Positions 1 to 9,489 of a stretch of DNA of 32,000 nucleotides are shown here, in pieces; the first letter of the stretch is position 1; every line of letters starts with the position of its first letter. The stretch lies in NCBI GenBank assembly GCA_049942965.1, contig CP188088.1, forward strand, positions 498,864-530,863, given 5' to 3'. The position numbers and the translations under genes were made by a program. The stretch comes from Candidatus Saccharimonadota bacterium (GTDB taxonomy: Bacteria > Pseudomonadota > Gammaproteobacteria > Enterobacterales > Enterobacteriaceae). The notes below the pieces were generated by a model, which did no database searches, was not told where the DNA came from, and worked only from the letters and a program-made list of their open reading frames with translations.

Positions 1-1017
1 GCTTTAAAAATAATTGATTCAAAAAATCAAAATGTTTTAATACCAGGAACAGAAGTTCCAGCACAATACTTTTTACCTGGAAAAAGTATTGTGCAAATAG
101 AAAATTTTAGAAAAATCTTTCCAGGAGATACTTTAGCAAGAATTCCACAAGAGTCAGGAGGAACAAAAGATATTACAGGAGGACTACCTAGAGTAGCTGA
201 TTTATTTGAAGCCAGAAAACCAAAAGAATCAGCAATTCTAGCAGAAGTAAGTGGAATTATTTCGTTTGGAAAAGAAACAAAAGGAAAAAAAAGACTAATA
301 ATATCTTCACAAAATTCTAATGAAGAACCATATGAAGAAATGATTCAAAAATGGAGACAATTAAATGTATTTGAAGGAGAAAGAGTAGAAAAAGGAGATG
401 TAATATCAGACGGACCAGAATCTCCTCACGATATTCTTCGTTTAAGAGGAGTACAAGCTGTTACTAAATATATAGTCAATGAAGTACAAGAAGTTTATCG
501 ACTTCAAGGAGTAAAAATTAATGATAAACATATTGAAGTAATAATAAGACAGATGTTAAGAAAAGCTACTTTAATTAATAAAGGAGATTCTAATTTTTTA
601 GATGGAGAACAAGTAGAGTATTCAAAAATAAAAATTTCTAATAAAATTTTAAAAGAACAAAAAAAAAATATTGCAACATTTTCAAGAGATCTTTTAGGTA
701 TTACTAAAGCTTCTCTAGCAACAGATTCATTTATATCAGCTGCCTCTTTTCAAGAAACTACAAGAATATTAACAGAAGCTGCTGTTGCCGGGAAAAGAGA
801 TGAACTAAAAGGACTAAAAGAAAACGTTATCGTAGGACGTTTAATCCCTGCTGGAACTGGATATGCATATCATAAAAAAAGATTAAAACGTCAAAAAAAA
901 ATAAATGAAAAAAAAATCAACAATAAAATCAATTTTTCTCATCCAATTAGTGTCGAAGAAGCATCAGCTAATCTATCAGAGTTACTAAATGCTACTAACA
1001 TAAATTCAAAGAAATAA
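1..1017 (+). CDS. rpoC: DNA-directed RNA polymerase beta' subunit, C-terminal ~338 aa (5' end outside window)
   Basis: The frame is open from base 1; the ORF-track start at 91 is an internal GTG. The translation ([34 protein letters not shown] ... [17 protein letters not shown]) is nearly identical to the C-terminus of E. coli RpoC. Confidence 0.97.
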   Translation, partial: ALKIIDSKNQNVLIPGTEVPAQYFLPGKSIVQIENFRKIFPGDTLARIPQESGGTKDITGGLPRVADLFEARKPKESAILAEVSGIISFGKETKGKKRLIISSQNSNEEPYEEMIQKWRQLNVFEGERVEKGDVISDGPESPHDILRLRGVQAVTKYIVNEVQEVYRLQGVKINDKHIEVIIRQMLRKATLINKGDSNFLDGEQVEYSKIKISNKILKEQKKNIATFSRDLLGITKASLATDSFISAASFQETTRILTEAAVAGKRDELKGLKENVIVGRLIPAGTGYAYHKKRLKRQKKINEKKINNKINFSHPISVEEASANLSELLNATNINSKK

Positions 1018-1148
1018 AAATATTATCTAAAAAATAATAAAAACAAAAAAATAAACTATTTATTTTTTTATTTTATATAAAATAATGAAAAATTATTTTT
1101 TTGTTTGTAAAAAATAATTCAATCATAATATTAACGATCATAATAAAA

Positions 1149-2741
1149 ATGAAAAAAAACAAAAAAACAAAAAGAGCTTTGATTAGCGTATGTAATACTT
1201 CTGGCATTATACACTTTGCAAAATTTCTTAATAAAAAAAAAATCAAGATTATAGCTACGGAAGGAACAAAAAAAATTCTACAAAAAAAAAACATTCCAGT
1301 AACATCAGTATCTGAATATATTGAATTTCCTGAAATAATGAACGGTAGAGTAAAAAGTATGCACCCAAAAATTTTTGGTGGGATTTTAGGAAGACAGGAA
1401 AAAGATACTGATATTATGAAACTATATGGAATTAAAAAAATTCATTTAGTTATAGTAAATTTATATCCTTTTTTAGAAAAACAAAAAACATTAAAAAATA
1501 ATTTTTTTGATTTAAGTGAATATATTGATATAGGTGGTGTTTCTCTTATTAGAGCTGCTGCTAAAAACTGTTCCGAAGTATTAGTTATAGTGTCTCCTGG
1601 AGATTATAACAAAGTTATCAAGATGATTGATTTAAATGGAATAGAATCTATACCTTTAGAAAAAAAAATAAAATTAGCACAAAAAGCTTTTTCATATACT
1701 TCACATTATGATGATTTAATTTCTAAATATTTTTTAAAGAAAATAAAAAAAACTGAAAAAAAAAATACATTTCCAGAAATATTAAAAATAAACTTAATAA
1801 AAAAAATACAATTAAGATATGGGGAAAATCCTCATCAAAAATCAGCTTTTTATATAGAAGAAAAAAATAAAAACAATATTTTTGAAAAATCTAAACAAAT
1901 ACAAGGAAAAAAAATATCTTATAATAATATTCTTGATTTAGAAATAGCTTGGAATTGTGTTCAAAACTTTAAAAACCCAGCTTGTGCTATTGTAAAACAC
2001 TCAATTCCATGTGGAGTATGCGAAAGCGAATCAACTATTAAATCATATACGTCTGCTTATCAATGTGATCCTATTTCAGCTTTTGGAGGAGTTATTTCCT
2101 TTAATTCTAAAATAAATCAAATAGTTGCTAAAACTATTTTAAAAAATCAATTTGTCGAAGTAATTATAGCACCTATAATTACTAAAAATGCTTTAGAAAT
2201 ATTTAAAAAAAAAAAAAACATAATAGTACTTACTTTAAACCAAAAAAAAAATACAACTTTTAATTTAGATTTCAAATCAAGCTTTGGTGGAATGTTAATT
2301 CAAGAACAAGACAATTGCTCATTCGAAAAAAATAATAAAAAAAAATATTGGAAAACAGTAACAAATAGAAAAATTATAACAAACAAAGAAAAAGAAGATG
2401 CAATATTCGCTTGGAAAATTGTAAAATATGTCAAATCCAATGCAATAGTTATTGTAAAAAATAGAAAAACTATTGGAATTGGATCTGGACAAACTAGTAG
2501 AATATTTTCTACTAAAATATCTAATTTAAAAGCAATAGAACAAAATTTAGACACTATCGGAGCAACAATGGCTTCTGATGCATTTTTCCCATTTTCAGAT
2601 AGTATAAAATTAGCAGCAAAAATTGGAATTACTTGTATAATACAACCAGGAGGATCGATACGTGACAAAGAAGTGATTTCAGCCGCAAATAAAAGTAATA
2701 TAATAATGTTATTTACAAATAAAAGATGTTTTAAACATTAA
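1149..2741 (+). CDS. purH: Bifunctional AICAR transformylase / IMP cyclohydrolase
   Basis: Colinear with E. coli PurH (529 aa): RALISV..., MNGRVKSMHPKIFGGILGR, LRYGENPHQ, SYNNILD, QPGGSIRD, ...CFKH end. The ATG at 1149 gives 530 aa. The track start at 1101 is an upstream TTG extension. Confidence 0.95.
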   Translation: MKKNKKTKRALISVCNTSGIIHFAKFLNKKKIKIIATEGTKKILQKKNIPVTSVSEYIEFPEIMNGRVKSMHPKIFGGILGRQEKDTDIMKLYGIKKIHLVIVNLYPFLEKQKTLKNNFFDLSEYIDIGGVSLIRAAAKNCSEVLVIVSPGDYNKVIKMIDLNGIESIPLEKKIKLAQKAFSYTSHYDDLISKYFLKKIKKTEKKNTFPEILKINLIKKIQLRYGENPHQKSAFYIEEKNKNNIFEKSKQIQGKKISYNNILDLEIAWNCVQNFKNPACAIVKHSIPCGVCESESTIKSYTSAYQCDPISAFGGVISFNSKINQIVAKTILKNQFVEVIIAPIITKNALEIFKKKKNIIVLTLNQKKNTTFNLDFKSSFGGMLIQEQDNCSFEKNNKKKYWKTVTNRKIITNKEKEDAIFAWKIVKYVKSNAIVIVKNRKTIGIGSGQTSRIFSTKISNLKAIEQNLDTIGATMASDAFFPFSDSIKLAAKIGITCIIQPGGSIRDKEVISAANKSNIIMLFTNKRCFKH

Positions 2742-2966
2742 TATAAATAACTAAAAAATAATTAGCTGTATTAAACAATAAAAAAAAAAGTAATTCCTTA
2801 TTAAAAAAAATAAAATTTATTTTAAATAATTAATATTATTTAAAATAAATAAAAATAAAAATCAACGTTTAAAAAATATTAAAACAATAAATCGAATTTG
2901 TTAAAAACAATATTAATTAAAAATTTTTTCCACAATTTTTAATTTTTTTATGAAAAAATAATTTAT

Positions 2967-3041
2967 AAAAAAAAAAAAAGATAACAAGATGCTTTTACAA
3001 AAGCATCTTGTTGTTATAAACAAGATATGTTTGTTTATAAC
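2967..3041 (-). terminator. Intrinsic terminator candidate for metE: two adjacent perfect hairpins followed by U13 on the minus-strand transcript
   Basis: Hairpin 2 has arms 3013-3023 and 3031-3041 (11 bp perfect, 7-nt loop). Hairpin 1 has arms 2983-2996 and 2999-3012 (14 bp perfect, aacaagatgctttt/aaaagcatcttgtt). Read on the minus strand, the A13 run at 2967-2979 becomes a T13 tract 3 nt after the stem. The element lies about 25 nt downstream of the metE stop. Confidence 0.6.
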
Positions 3042-3065
3042 TTGAACAAAAATATAATACAAAAA

Positions 3066-5354
3066 TTATTTTTTAGTTAAACTTAGTTTAACTAATTTTA
3101 CTGCTTCTACCATATTTTTTAAAGAATCTATTGTTTCTTTCCAATTTCTAGTTTTTAATCCACAATCAGGATTCACCCATAATTTACTTATAGGAATAGT
3201 TTTTAATGCCTTTCTTAAAAATTTTTTCATACAATCTATAGTAGGAACATTAGGAGAATGGATGTCATAGATCCCTGGTCCTATAGAATTAGGATATTTA
3301 AATTTTTTAAAAAAATCTAATAATTCCATATCTGATCTAGCAGTTTCAATAGTAATTACATCAGCATCTAATTTTACTATTGATTGCATTATTTCATTAA
3401 ATTCACAATAACACATGTGTGTGTGAATTTGTGTTTGATCTTTTACTCCAGAAGAAGCTAAACGAAATGAATTTACAGACCAGGATAAATAATCTTTCCA
3501 GTCAGTTTGTCGTAATGGCAATCCTTCTCGTAATGCAGGTTCATCAATTTGTATTATTTTTATTCCAGAATTTTCCAAGTCTAAAACTTCTTCTCGTAAA
3601 GACAATGCTATTTGATTAGAAATTTCTTCTTTAGATAGATCTTCTCTAAAGAAGGACCATTGTAATATCGTTACAGGTCCAGTCAACATTCCTTTTACAA
3701 TTTTTTTAGTTAGTGACTGTGCAAAAACAGCCCATTTTACAGTAATGCTTTTTTTTCTTTTAACATCATTTACAATAATTGGAGGTTTTACACATCGAGA
3801 ACCATAACTTTGAACCCAACCATATTCAGTAAATGCAAAACCTTCTAAATGTTCTCCAAAATATTCAACCATATCATTTCTTTCTGGTTCTCCATGAACC
3901 AAAACATCTAATTTCAGTTTTTCTTGCTCATGTATTATATGTTTAATATGATTGCAAATTTCTTCTTCATATTTTTTATTACTTATAATATTTTTTTTGA
4001 AATCAAGACGTAATTTCCGTATATCTTTGGTTTGAGGAAAAGAACCAATAGTTGTTGTTGGTAAAATAGGGATTTTTAATTTTAATTTTTGAATTTCATA
4101 ACGAATATTATATGAATTATTTCTTTTTAAATTTTTTGAAAAAATATTTATTTTTTTACTTTTTGTATCAATAGCACTTTCCTTGTTTGTATTTTTTTTA
4201 TTTCTATTGAAAATAGAATGACTCCATTTTTTTATTTCAAAATCTAATCCAGATTTTAATGCTTGAGATAATAAATATATTTCTTCACATTTTTGTATTG
4301 CAAAAGAAAAACGATTTTTTAGTTTTAATTCTAATTTTTTTTCTTTTAAAACATCAATTGGAACATGTAATAGTGAACAAGAAGAAGAAATCCATATATT
4401 TTTTCTAATTTTAATTATTGGACTTAAAACATTGAACCAATTTAATAAATTTGATTTCCAAATGTTCCTACCATTAATAACACCTAAAGAAAGAACCCAA
4501 CTTTTAGGAATTGATGAATTTAATAAATTTAAATTATACTTTCCATGTATTAAATCTACGTGTAATCCTTGAATCGGCAGTTTTCTTATAATATCTAAAT
4601 TATGAGAAATACTACCAAAATAAGTAGTCAATAACAAATTATTTAATCCAATTAAATATTTATATGCAATAGAATAAGATTCTTTCCATTTTTCTGATAA
4701 ATCACATGCTAATGCAGGTTCATCAACCTGAATCCAATCTACACCTAAATTTTTTAATTTTATAAAAATTTCTTTATATACGGGTAATATTGACTGTAAT
4801 AAATCTAATTTATTAAAATTTTCACCTTTAATTTTTCCTAACCATAAATATGTTATAGGACCTATTAAAACAACTTTTATTCTAATTTTCAATAATAAAG
4901 CTTCTTTTACTTCATTAAATAATTGATTCCATCCTAAAAAAAATTTTTGATCCTTAAAAAATTCTGGTACTATATAATGGTAATTAGTATTAAACCACTT
5001 AGTCATATCCGAAGCAGCGATAGATTTTTCGTTTTTAGTAATCCCTCTTGCAATAGAAAACAAAAGATCTAGTTTTTGTTCTTTTTTATAATTTAATTTT
5101 TCAAATCTTTTTGGAATATTTCCTAACATCATGCTCATAGTTAAAACATGATCGTACCATGCAAAATCACCAACAGTAATAAAATCAAGCCCTAATTTTT
5201 TTTGGTTTAACCAATTTTTATTTCGTAATTCATAACCTATTTTCGTTAAATCTCTATAAGAAATTTCCTTCTTCCAATAACTTTCCTGTCCTTTCTTTAA
5301 TTCACGATTCAAACCAATCCTAGGAAATCCAAGAATGTGACTTAAAACAGACAT
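3066..5354 (-). CDS. metE: Cobalamin-independent methionine synthase (5-methyltetrahydropteroyltriglutamate-homocysteine methyltransferase)
   Basis: 762 aa against about 753 aa in E. coli MetE. The N-terminus is MSVLSHILGFPRIG.NRELKK. The C-terminal catalytic region has IQIDEPALREGLPLR, HTHMCYCEF and WVNPDCGLKTR (zinc-ligand region). Confidence 0.97.
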   Translation of the reverse strand: MSVLSHILGFPRIGLNRELKKGQESYWKKEISYRDLTKIGYELRNKNWLNQKKLGLDFITVGDFAWYDHVLTMSMMLGNIPKRFEKLNYKKEQKLDLLFSIARGITKNEKSIAASDMTKWFNTNYHYIVPEFFKDQKFFLGWNQLFNEVKEALLLKIRIKVVLIGPITYLWLGKIKGENFNKLDLLQSILPVYKEIFIKLKNLGVDWIQVDEPALACDLSEKWKESYSIAYKYLIGLNNLLLTTYFGSISHNLDIIRKLPIQGLHVDLIHGKYNLNLLNSSIPKSWVLSLGVINGRNIWKSNLLNWFNVLSPIIKIRKNIWISSSCSLLHVPIDVLKEKKLELKLKNRFSFAIQKCEEIYLLSQALKSGLDFEIKKWSHSIFNRNKKNTNKESAIDTKSKKINIFSKNLKRNNSYNIRYEIQKLKLKIPILPTTTIGSFPQTKDIRKLRLDFKKNIISNKKYEEEICNHIKHIIHEQEKLKLDVLVHGEPERNDMVEYFGEHLEGFAFTEYGWVQSYGSRCVKPPIIVNDVKRKKSITVKWAVFAQSLTKKIVKGMLTGPVTILQWSFFREDLSKEEISNQIALSLREEVLDLENSGIKIIQIDEPALREGLPLRQTDWKDYLSWSVNSFRLASSGVKDQTQIHTHMCYCEFNEIMQSIVKLDADVITIETARSDMELLDFFKKFKYPNSIGPGIYDIHSPNVPTIDCMKKFLRKALKTIPISKLWVNPDCGLKTRNWKETIDSLKNMVEAVKLVKLSLTKK

Positions 5355-5468
5355 TTTAAAAATTCCTTATATGAATATATTGATTTCACAAAAAATGTTT
5401 TTTAATTATTAAAATACTAAAAAATTTATCATTTTAATTAAAAAAAACTGTTTTTAAAACATAAAATT

Positions 5469-6272
5469 TCATAAAGAAAATAAAGAACGCAAATAACAAG
5501 CAACACCATCTTGTTCATTTGTACTAATTACTTCCATTGAATTAAGTGTTTTTTTTAACTTTAAATCAGCATTTCCCATAATACAACCTTTTCCTGAAAT
5601 TTCTAACATATCTTGATCATTCATTCCATCTCCAAAAGCAATAAAATCTTTTGTAGAAAAACCTAGAAGATTTGATATAAATTTTAAAGATTTTCCTTTA
5701 GAAACTTTATATGGAACTATTTCCAAGCATTCAGGAAAAGAAAAAAAAACGTTTATTTTTTTTTTACTTCCCCATAAAAAAATAATTTCTTTTTTTAAAT
5801 TTTCTAATTTTTTTATGTTAGAAGAAGTAAAAAAAATTTTATTAACTTTATGAAGAGAAAAATTGACAAACTTTAAAAGTTTATATTTTAATGATAATTT
5901 TTTACAAAAATTATTATTATATTCATTGGTATCTATATACCAATTATCATTAGTATATATTTGAGTTGTTATTTCTTCATCATTTCTCCTAATTTTTAAT
6001 AAAGAACTAACAACACTTTTTTCTAAAAATGAATTAAAAACTAAATTTCCTTTTAGATCATAAATTCTTGATCCATTGGAAGTAACTAAATAAGAATTTA
6101 GATTTAAATTGTTTTTTAAATCAATTAAATCCATATAATGTCTACCAGTAGCAATTATAAATTTAATTCCTTTAGAAATTAACAATTTTATAGTTCTTTT
6201 TGTATAATTAGTAATTTTATATTTCGAATTAAAAAGCGTTCCGTCTAAATCAGAAATCACAACTTTATACAT
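5469..6272 (-). CDS. yigL: Cof-type HAD-IIB phosphatase (YigL-like sugar / pyridoxal phosphate phosphatase)
   Basis: Carries MYKVVISDLDGTLFNS (HAD motif I), ATGRH and FGDGMNDQDML (motif IV). 267 aa, colinear with E. coli YigL as I recall it (MYQVVASDLDGTLL...). Confidence 0.8.
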   Translation of the reverse strand: MYKVVISDLDGTLFNSKYKITNYTKRTIKLLISKGIKFIIATGRHYMDLIDLKNNLNLNSYLVTSNGSRIYDLKGNLVFNSFLEKSVVSSLLKIRRNDEEITTQIYTNDNWYIDTNEYNNNFCKKLSLKYKLLKFVNFSLHKVNKIFFTSSNIKKLENLKKEIIFLWGSKKKINVFFSFPECLEIVPYKVSKGKSLKFISNLLGFSTKDFIAFGDGMNDQDMLEISGKGCIMGNADLKLKKTLNSMEVISTNEQDGVACYLRSLFSL

Positions 6273-6532
6273 AAACCCTCAAAAAATAAATATTTTTGAT
6301 ACTTTAAAAAAGCAAAAAAAATTTAATTTATTAATTAATCAAAATAATTATCATATTAATGATAATTTTTTAAAAAAGATAAAAAGTTTGTTAAATCAAA
6401 TTTATAAATTAAATAATTTTTTTTATTTATTTGAAAATCTAAAATACGAATTTTTAAACAAATAAAAAAAATATTAACTTTTAATTTTTTTTAACATCTT
6501 TAATTTGGAAGATTAATTATTTGAAACATTTA

Positions 6533-7390
6533 TTATGATTCAATTGCTATTCTTAATTTTTTCATAGCATTTTTTTCTAGTTGTCTAACTCGTTCTGCAG
6601 ATATTCCATAGTTGTTAGCTATTTCTTGCAAAGTATTTTTTTTATTACTATCTAACCATCTTGCATTAATTATGTTTCTACTTCTTTCATCTAATTTTAA
6701 AATAGCATTATTTAATTTAAGAGTAGCATGTTCCTCCCAATTATTTAACTCTAATAAAGTTGCAAAATCTGAAGAATCATCTCTAAAATGAGAAATTGTT
6801 GATTTTGCTCTATTTTCATTTTCAGACCCTTCAGAAATTAAATTAAATGTTACATCTTGAGCTGACATTCTTGATTCCATCTCTTTGACATCTTGTATAC
6901 TTACTTTTAATTCATTGGCAACAATTTTAATTTCTTCTTGATTAAACCAACCTAACCTTTTTTTATTTTTTCTTAAATTGAAAAATAATTTTCTTTGTGC
7001 TTTTGTAGTTGCAACTTTTACAATTCTCCAATTTTTAAGAACGTACTCATGTATTTCTGATTTAATCCAATGAACAGCAAAAGAAACTAATCGAACTCCA
7101 ATTTTAGGATTAAATCTACGAACTGATTTCATTAAACCAATATTTCCTTCTTGAATTAAATCAGAACGAGATAGTCCGTAACCGGAATAACTTCTAGCAA
7201 TATGAATAACAAATCTTAAATGAGATAAAATTAAAATTTTTGCAGCATCTAAATCTCCTTCAAAATACAATTTTTTAGAAAGCATTTGTTCTTCTTCCAA
7301 GGATAACATTGGACTAGAATTAACAGATCTAATATAAGAATCTAAATTACCTAAAGAAACAATTGATAATTTTTTTTTTCTATCTAACAT
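6533..7390 (-). CDS. rpoH: RNA polymerase sigma-32 (heat-shock sigma factor)
   Basis: 285 aa. Carries [46 protein letters not shown], the RpoH box [10 protein letters not shown] and [19 protein letters not shown]. Near-identical layout to E. coli RpoH (284 aa). Confidence 0.97.
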   Translation of the reverse strand: MLDRKKKLSIVSLGNLDSYIRSVNSSPMLSLEEEQMLSKKLYFEGDLDAAKILILSHLRFVIHIARSYSGYGLSRSDLIQEGNIGLMKSVRRFNPKIGVRLVSFAVHWIKSEIHEYVLKNWRIVKVATTKAQRKLFFNLRKNKKRLGWFNQEEIKIVANELKVSIQDVKEMESRMSAQDVTFNLISEGSENENRAKSTISHFRDDSSDFATLLELNNWEEHATLKLNNAILKLDERSRNIINARWLDSNKKNTLQEIANNYGISAERVRQLEKNAMKKLRIAIES

Positions 7391-7574
7391 TCTATTCCTC
7401 TTTTATATTTAAAAGATCTTAAAAATTAAAAAATAGCATAAAAAAAACACTTATTTTTTGATAAAAAATACGTATATCTAAATACATCATATCACATATA
7501 AAAATAAAATGTATTTTCTGTAATTATATAAAACTAATTAACTATTATGAATATTTTTAGTACTTTAAATAAAA

Positions 7575-8714
7575 TTATTTTAATTTGTATTTTTTAAATA
7601 ACATGTTTATAAAATCAACACTACGAAAAATAAGCAAATCCGATGATTTTTCACCAATCCCAATATATCTAATGGGTATTAAAAATACATGAGCTATAGA
7701 AAAAATTATTCCTCCTTTTGTAGATCCATCTAATTTAGTAATTATTAAACCAGTAATACCCAAAAATTCATTAAAAACTTTTACTTGTAGAACAGCATTT
7801 TGACCTATAGTTGCATCAATAACTAATATTGTTTCAAATACACTAGAAATAGGAATGTTATTCTTAATAACACGAACAACTTTTTTTAATTCTTCCATTA
7901 AATTTAATTTATTTTGTAATCGTCCAGCTGTATCAATAATTAACACATCAATATTTTTTGTTTTAGCAATATTAATTGCATTAAAAACAATTGAAGAAGG
8001 ATCTTTGTGTTTTGAATCAACAGCTGAAATAACTGGAATTTTATACATATTTCCTAATTCTTCCAATTGTTCTAACGCGGCTGCTCGAAAAGTATCTCCA
8101 GCTACCAATGCAACAGCTTTTCCAAGTTTTTTGTATTTTCTTGACAATTTTCCTATTGTTGTAGTTTTACCTGATCCATTAACCCCAACTACTAAAATAA
8201 TAGTTAAATCTTTCATTTGTTCTATAAGAAAAGGATTTTCTACTTTTTTTAAAATAATGCTCATTATTTGTTTTAGTTGATTATATAAAATATCTGAATT
8301 ATTCCAATATTCTTTCTTTACGTTTTCCCGAATACTATCAATAATATAGTTCGTAGTTTCTATATTTATATCTGAAACTAATAATTGTTCTTCTAAACTT
8401 TCTAAAAGAGAACTATCAATTTCTTTTTGAAAAAAAATTTTTTTAAAACCTTTTGAAAATTTTTGACTAGTCTTATATAATTTTTCCCTTAAACGAGAAA
8501 AAATATTTTTTTTAGAATTTTCTAATATTCCATCATTTTGATGGACTTCTTTAGTTTCTTTTACTAAAGTATTTATATTTTCTTCATTTAATACTGTTCT
8601 TTTATTTTTATTAGCAACAGAAGTTGTTTTTTTTTCATGTATTAAATTTGAATTTAAAACTTTATTTTTAGAACGAAAAAAAGAAAAAAATCCTGTTTTT
8701 TTATCTTTAGACAT
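7575..8714 (-). CDS. ftsY: Signal recognition particle receptor FtsY (shortened N-terminal A domain)
   Basis: The N-terminal MSKDKKTGFFSFF resembles E. coli MAKEKKRGFFSW. The NG domain has GVNGSGKTTTIGKL, DTAGR and TKLDG..KGG. 379 aa against 497 in E. coli; the difference lies in the A domain. Confidence 0.95.
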   Translation of the reverse strand: MSKDKKTGFFSFFRSKNKVLNSNLIHEKKTTSVANKNKRTVLNEENINTLVKETKEVHQNDGILENSKKNIFSRLREKLYKTSQKFSKGFKKIFFQKEIDSSLLESLEEQLLVSDINIETTNYIIDSIRENVKKEYWNNSDILYNQLKQIMSIILKKVENPFLIEQMKDLTIILVVGVNGSGKTTTIGKLSRKYKKLGKAVALVAGDTFRAAALEQLEELGNMYKIPVISAVDSKHKDPSSIVFNAINIAKTKNIDVLIIDTAGRLQNKLNLMEELKKVVRVIKNNIPISSVFETILVIDATIGQNAVLQVKVFNEFLGITGLIITKLDGSTKGGIIFSIAHVFLIPIRYIGIGEKSSDLLIFRSVDFINMLFKKYKLK

Positions 8715-8835
8715 AAAATATAATCCTAATTTAAAAAAATTAATTTATGTGCATTTCAAAACACTTATTTTAAGAAATCAAATTTTCTTTAATCCTAATA
8801 TTTTAAAAAATAATAATAAACTAAATATAAACTAA

Positions 8836-9432
8836 ATGATGAAAAAAAAAAATAGCAAAAAAATTCGAATTATTGGAGGAAATTTAAAAGGAAGTATATT
8901 ATTTACAAAAAAATTTATCAATGTAAAACCAACAACAAACTATATGAGAGAAACATTATTTAATTGGATACGTCCAAAAATAAATCAATCAAATTGTTTA
9001 GATTGTTTTTCAGGAACTGGTGCATTGTCAATAGAAGCTATTTCGCAAGGAGCAAATTCAGTAATAGCTCTAGAAAAAAATAACAAAAATGTTTTTCTAG
9101 CTAAAGAAAATTTAAAAAGATTAAAAATTTTTAAAAAAATTAAATTTGTTATTTGCAACACTTTAATTTGGCTAAAAAAAAAAAGAAATATAAATTTTAA
9201 CATAGCTTTTATTGATCCTCCATTTAAAAAAAAAATGGTAGAAAAAACAGCTTTTTTATTAGAAAAAAATTGTTTTCTTACAAAAAATTCAATTATTTAT
9301 ATTGAAATGGAAAATAATAAAAAAAAAATTATAGTTCCAAAAACATGGAAACTTAAAAAAAAAAAAATAAAAAATAATGTTTTATATTTAATTTATAATA
9401 AAATCAATAATTGTAATTCTATTGTTGATTAA
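8836..9432 (+). CDS. rsmD: 16S rRNA (guanine966-N2)-methyltransferase
   Basis: 198 aa, the same length as E. coli RsmD/YhhF. Carries IRIIGG, PTT...RETLFNW, the SAM motif LDCFSGTGALSIEA and the catalytic FIDPPF. It sits divergent from ftsY, as in E. coli. Confidence 0.85.
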   Translation: MMKKKNSKKIRIIGGNLKGSILFTKKFINVKPTTNYMRETLFNWIRPKINQSNCLDCFSGTGALSIEAISQGANSVIALEKNNKNVFLAKENLKRLKIFKKIKFVICNTLIWLKKKRNINFNIAFIDPPFKKKMVEKTAFLLEKNCFLTKNSIIYIEMENNKKKIIVPKTWKLKKKKIKNNVLYLIYNKINNCNSIVD

Positions 9433-9489
9433 AAAAATAATTATTTATAAGATAAAATTTTTAGAACTAACTAATTCAAATATAAAAAA

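Noticed and set aside
1073-1294. A 73-aa minus-strand ORF overlapping the purH start and the rpoC-purH spacer.
   Set aside because: It is a hydrophobic low-complexity translation of poly-A/T sequence. It overlaps the well-supported purH N-terminus and has no Shine-Dalgarno.
2820-2845. A/T-only palindromes and hairpins: ttttaaataat/attatttaaaa at 2820-2845, aattatcat/atgataatt at 6346-6367 (downstream of rpoH), aaaaaataaa/tttatttttt at 1046-1068 (downstream of rpoC) and acaagta/tacttgt at 11637-11664.
   Set aside because: Stems made only of A:T pairs are thermodynamically weak and arise readily by chance in about 80% A+T spacers. Some may act as weak terminators, but I cannot support that from sequence alone.
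7855-8280. A 141-aa plus-strand ORF antisense to ftsY. Similar antisense ORFs occur at 2300-2668 (purH), 3419-3619 (metE), 8985-9203 (rsmD), 10871-11068 (efp), 14185-14370 and 14845-15195 (mnmE), 16534-16794 and 16986-17201 (yidC), 18652-18834 and 18932-19123 (dnaA), 20121-20468 (dnaN), 21726-21953 and 22845-23051 (gyrB), 24929-25114 (atpD), 27271-27462 (atpA), 28365-28682 (atpF) and 31255-31491 (mnmG).
   Set aside because: Each lies wholly inside, and antisense to, a strongly conserved housekeeping gene. The translations are low-complexity (F/I/L/S/N-rich) with no motif I recognise. Such shadow ORFs are expected opposite AAA/GAA-rich coding sequence.
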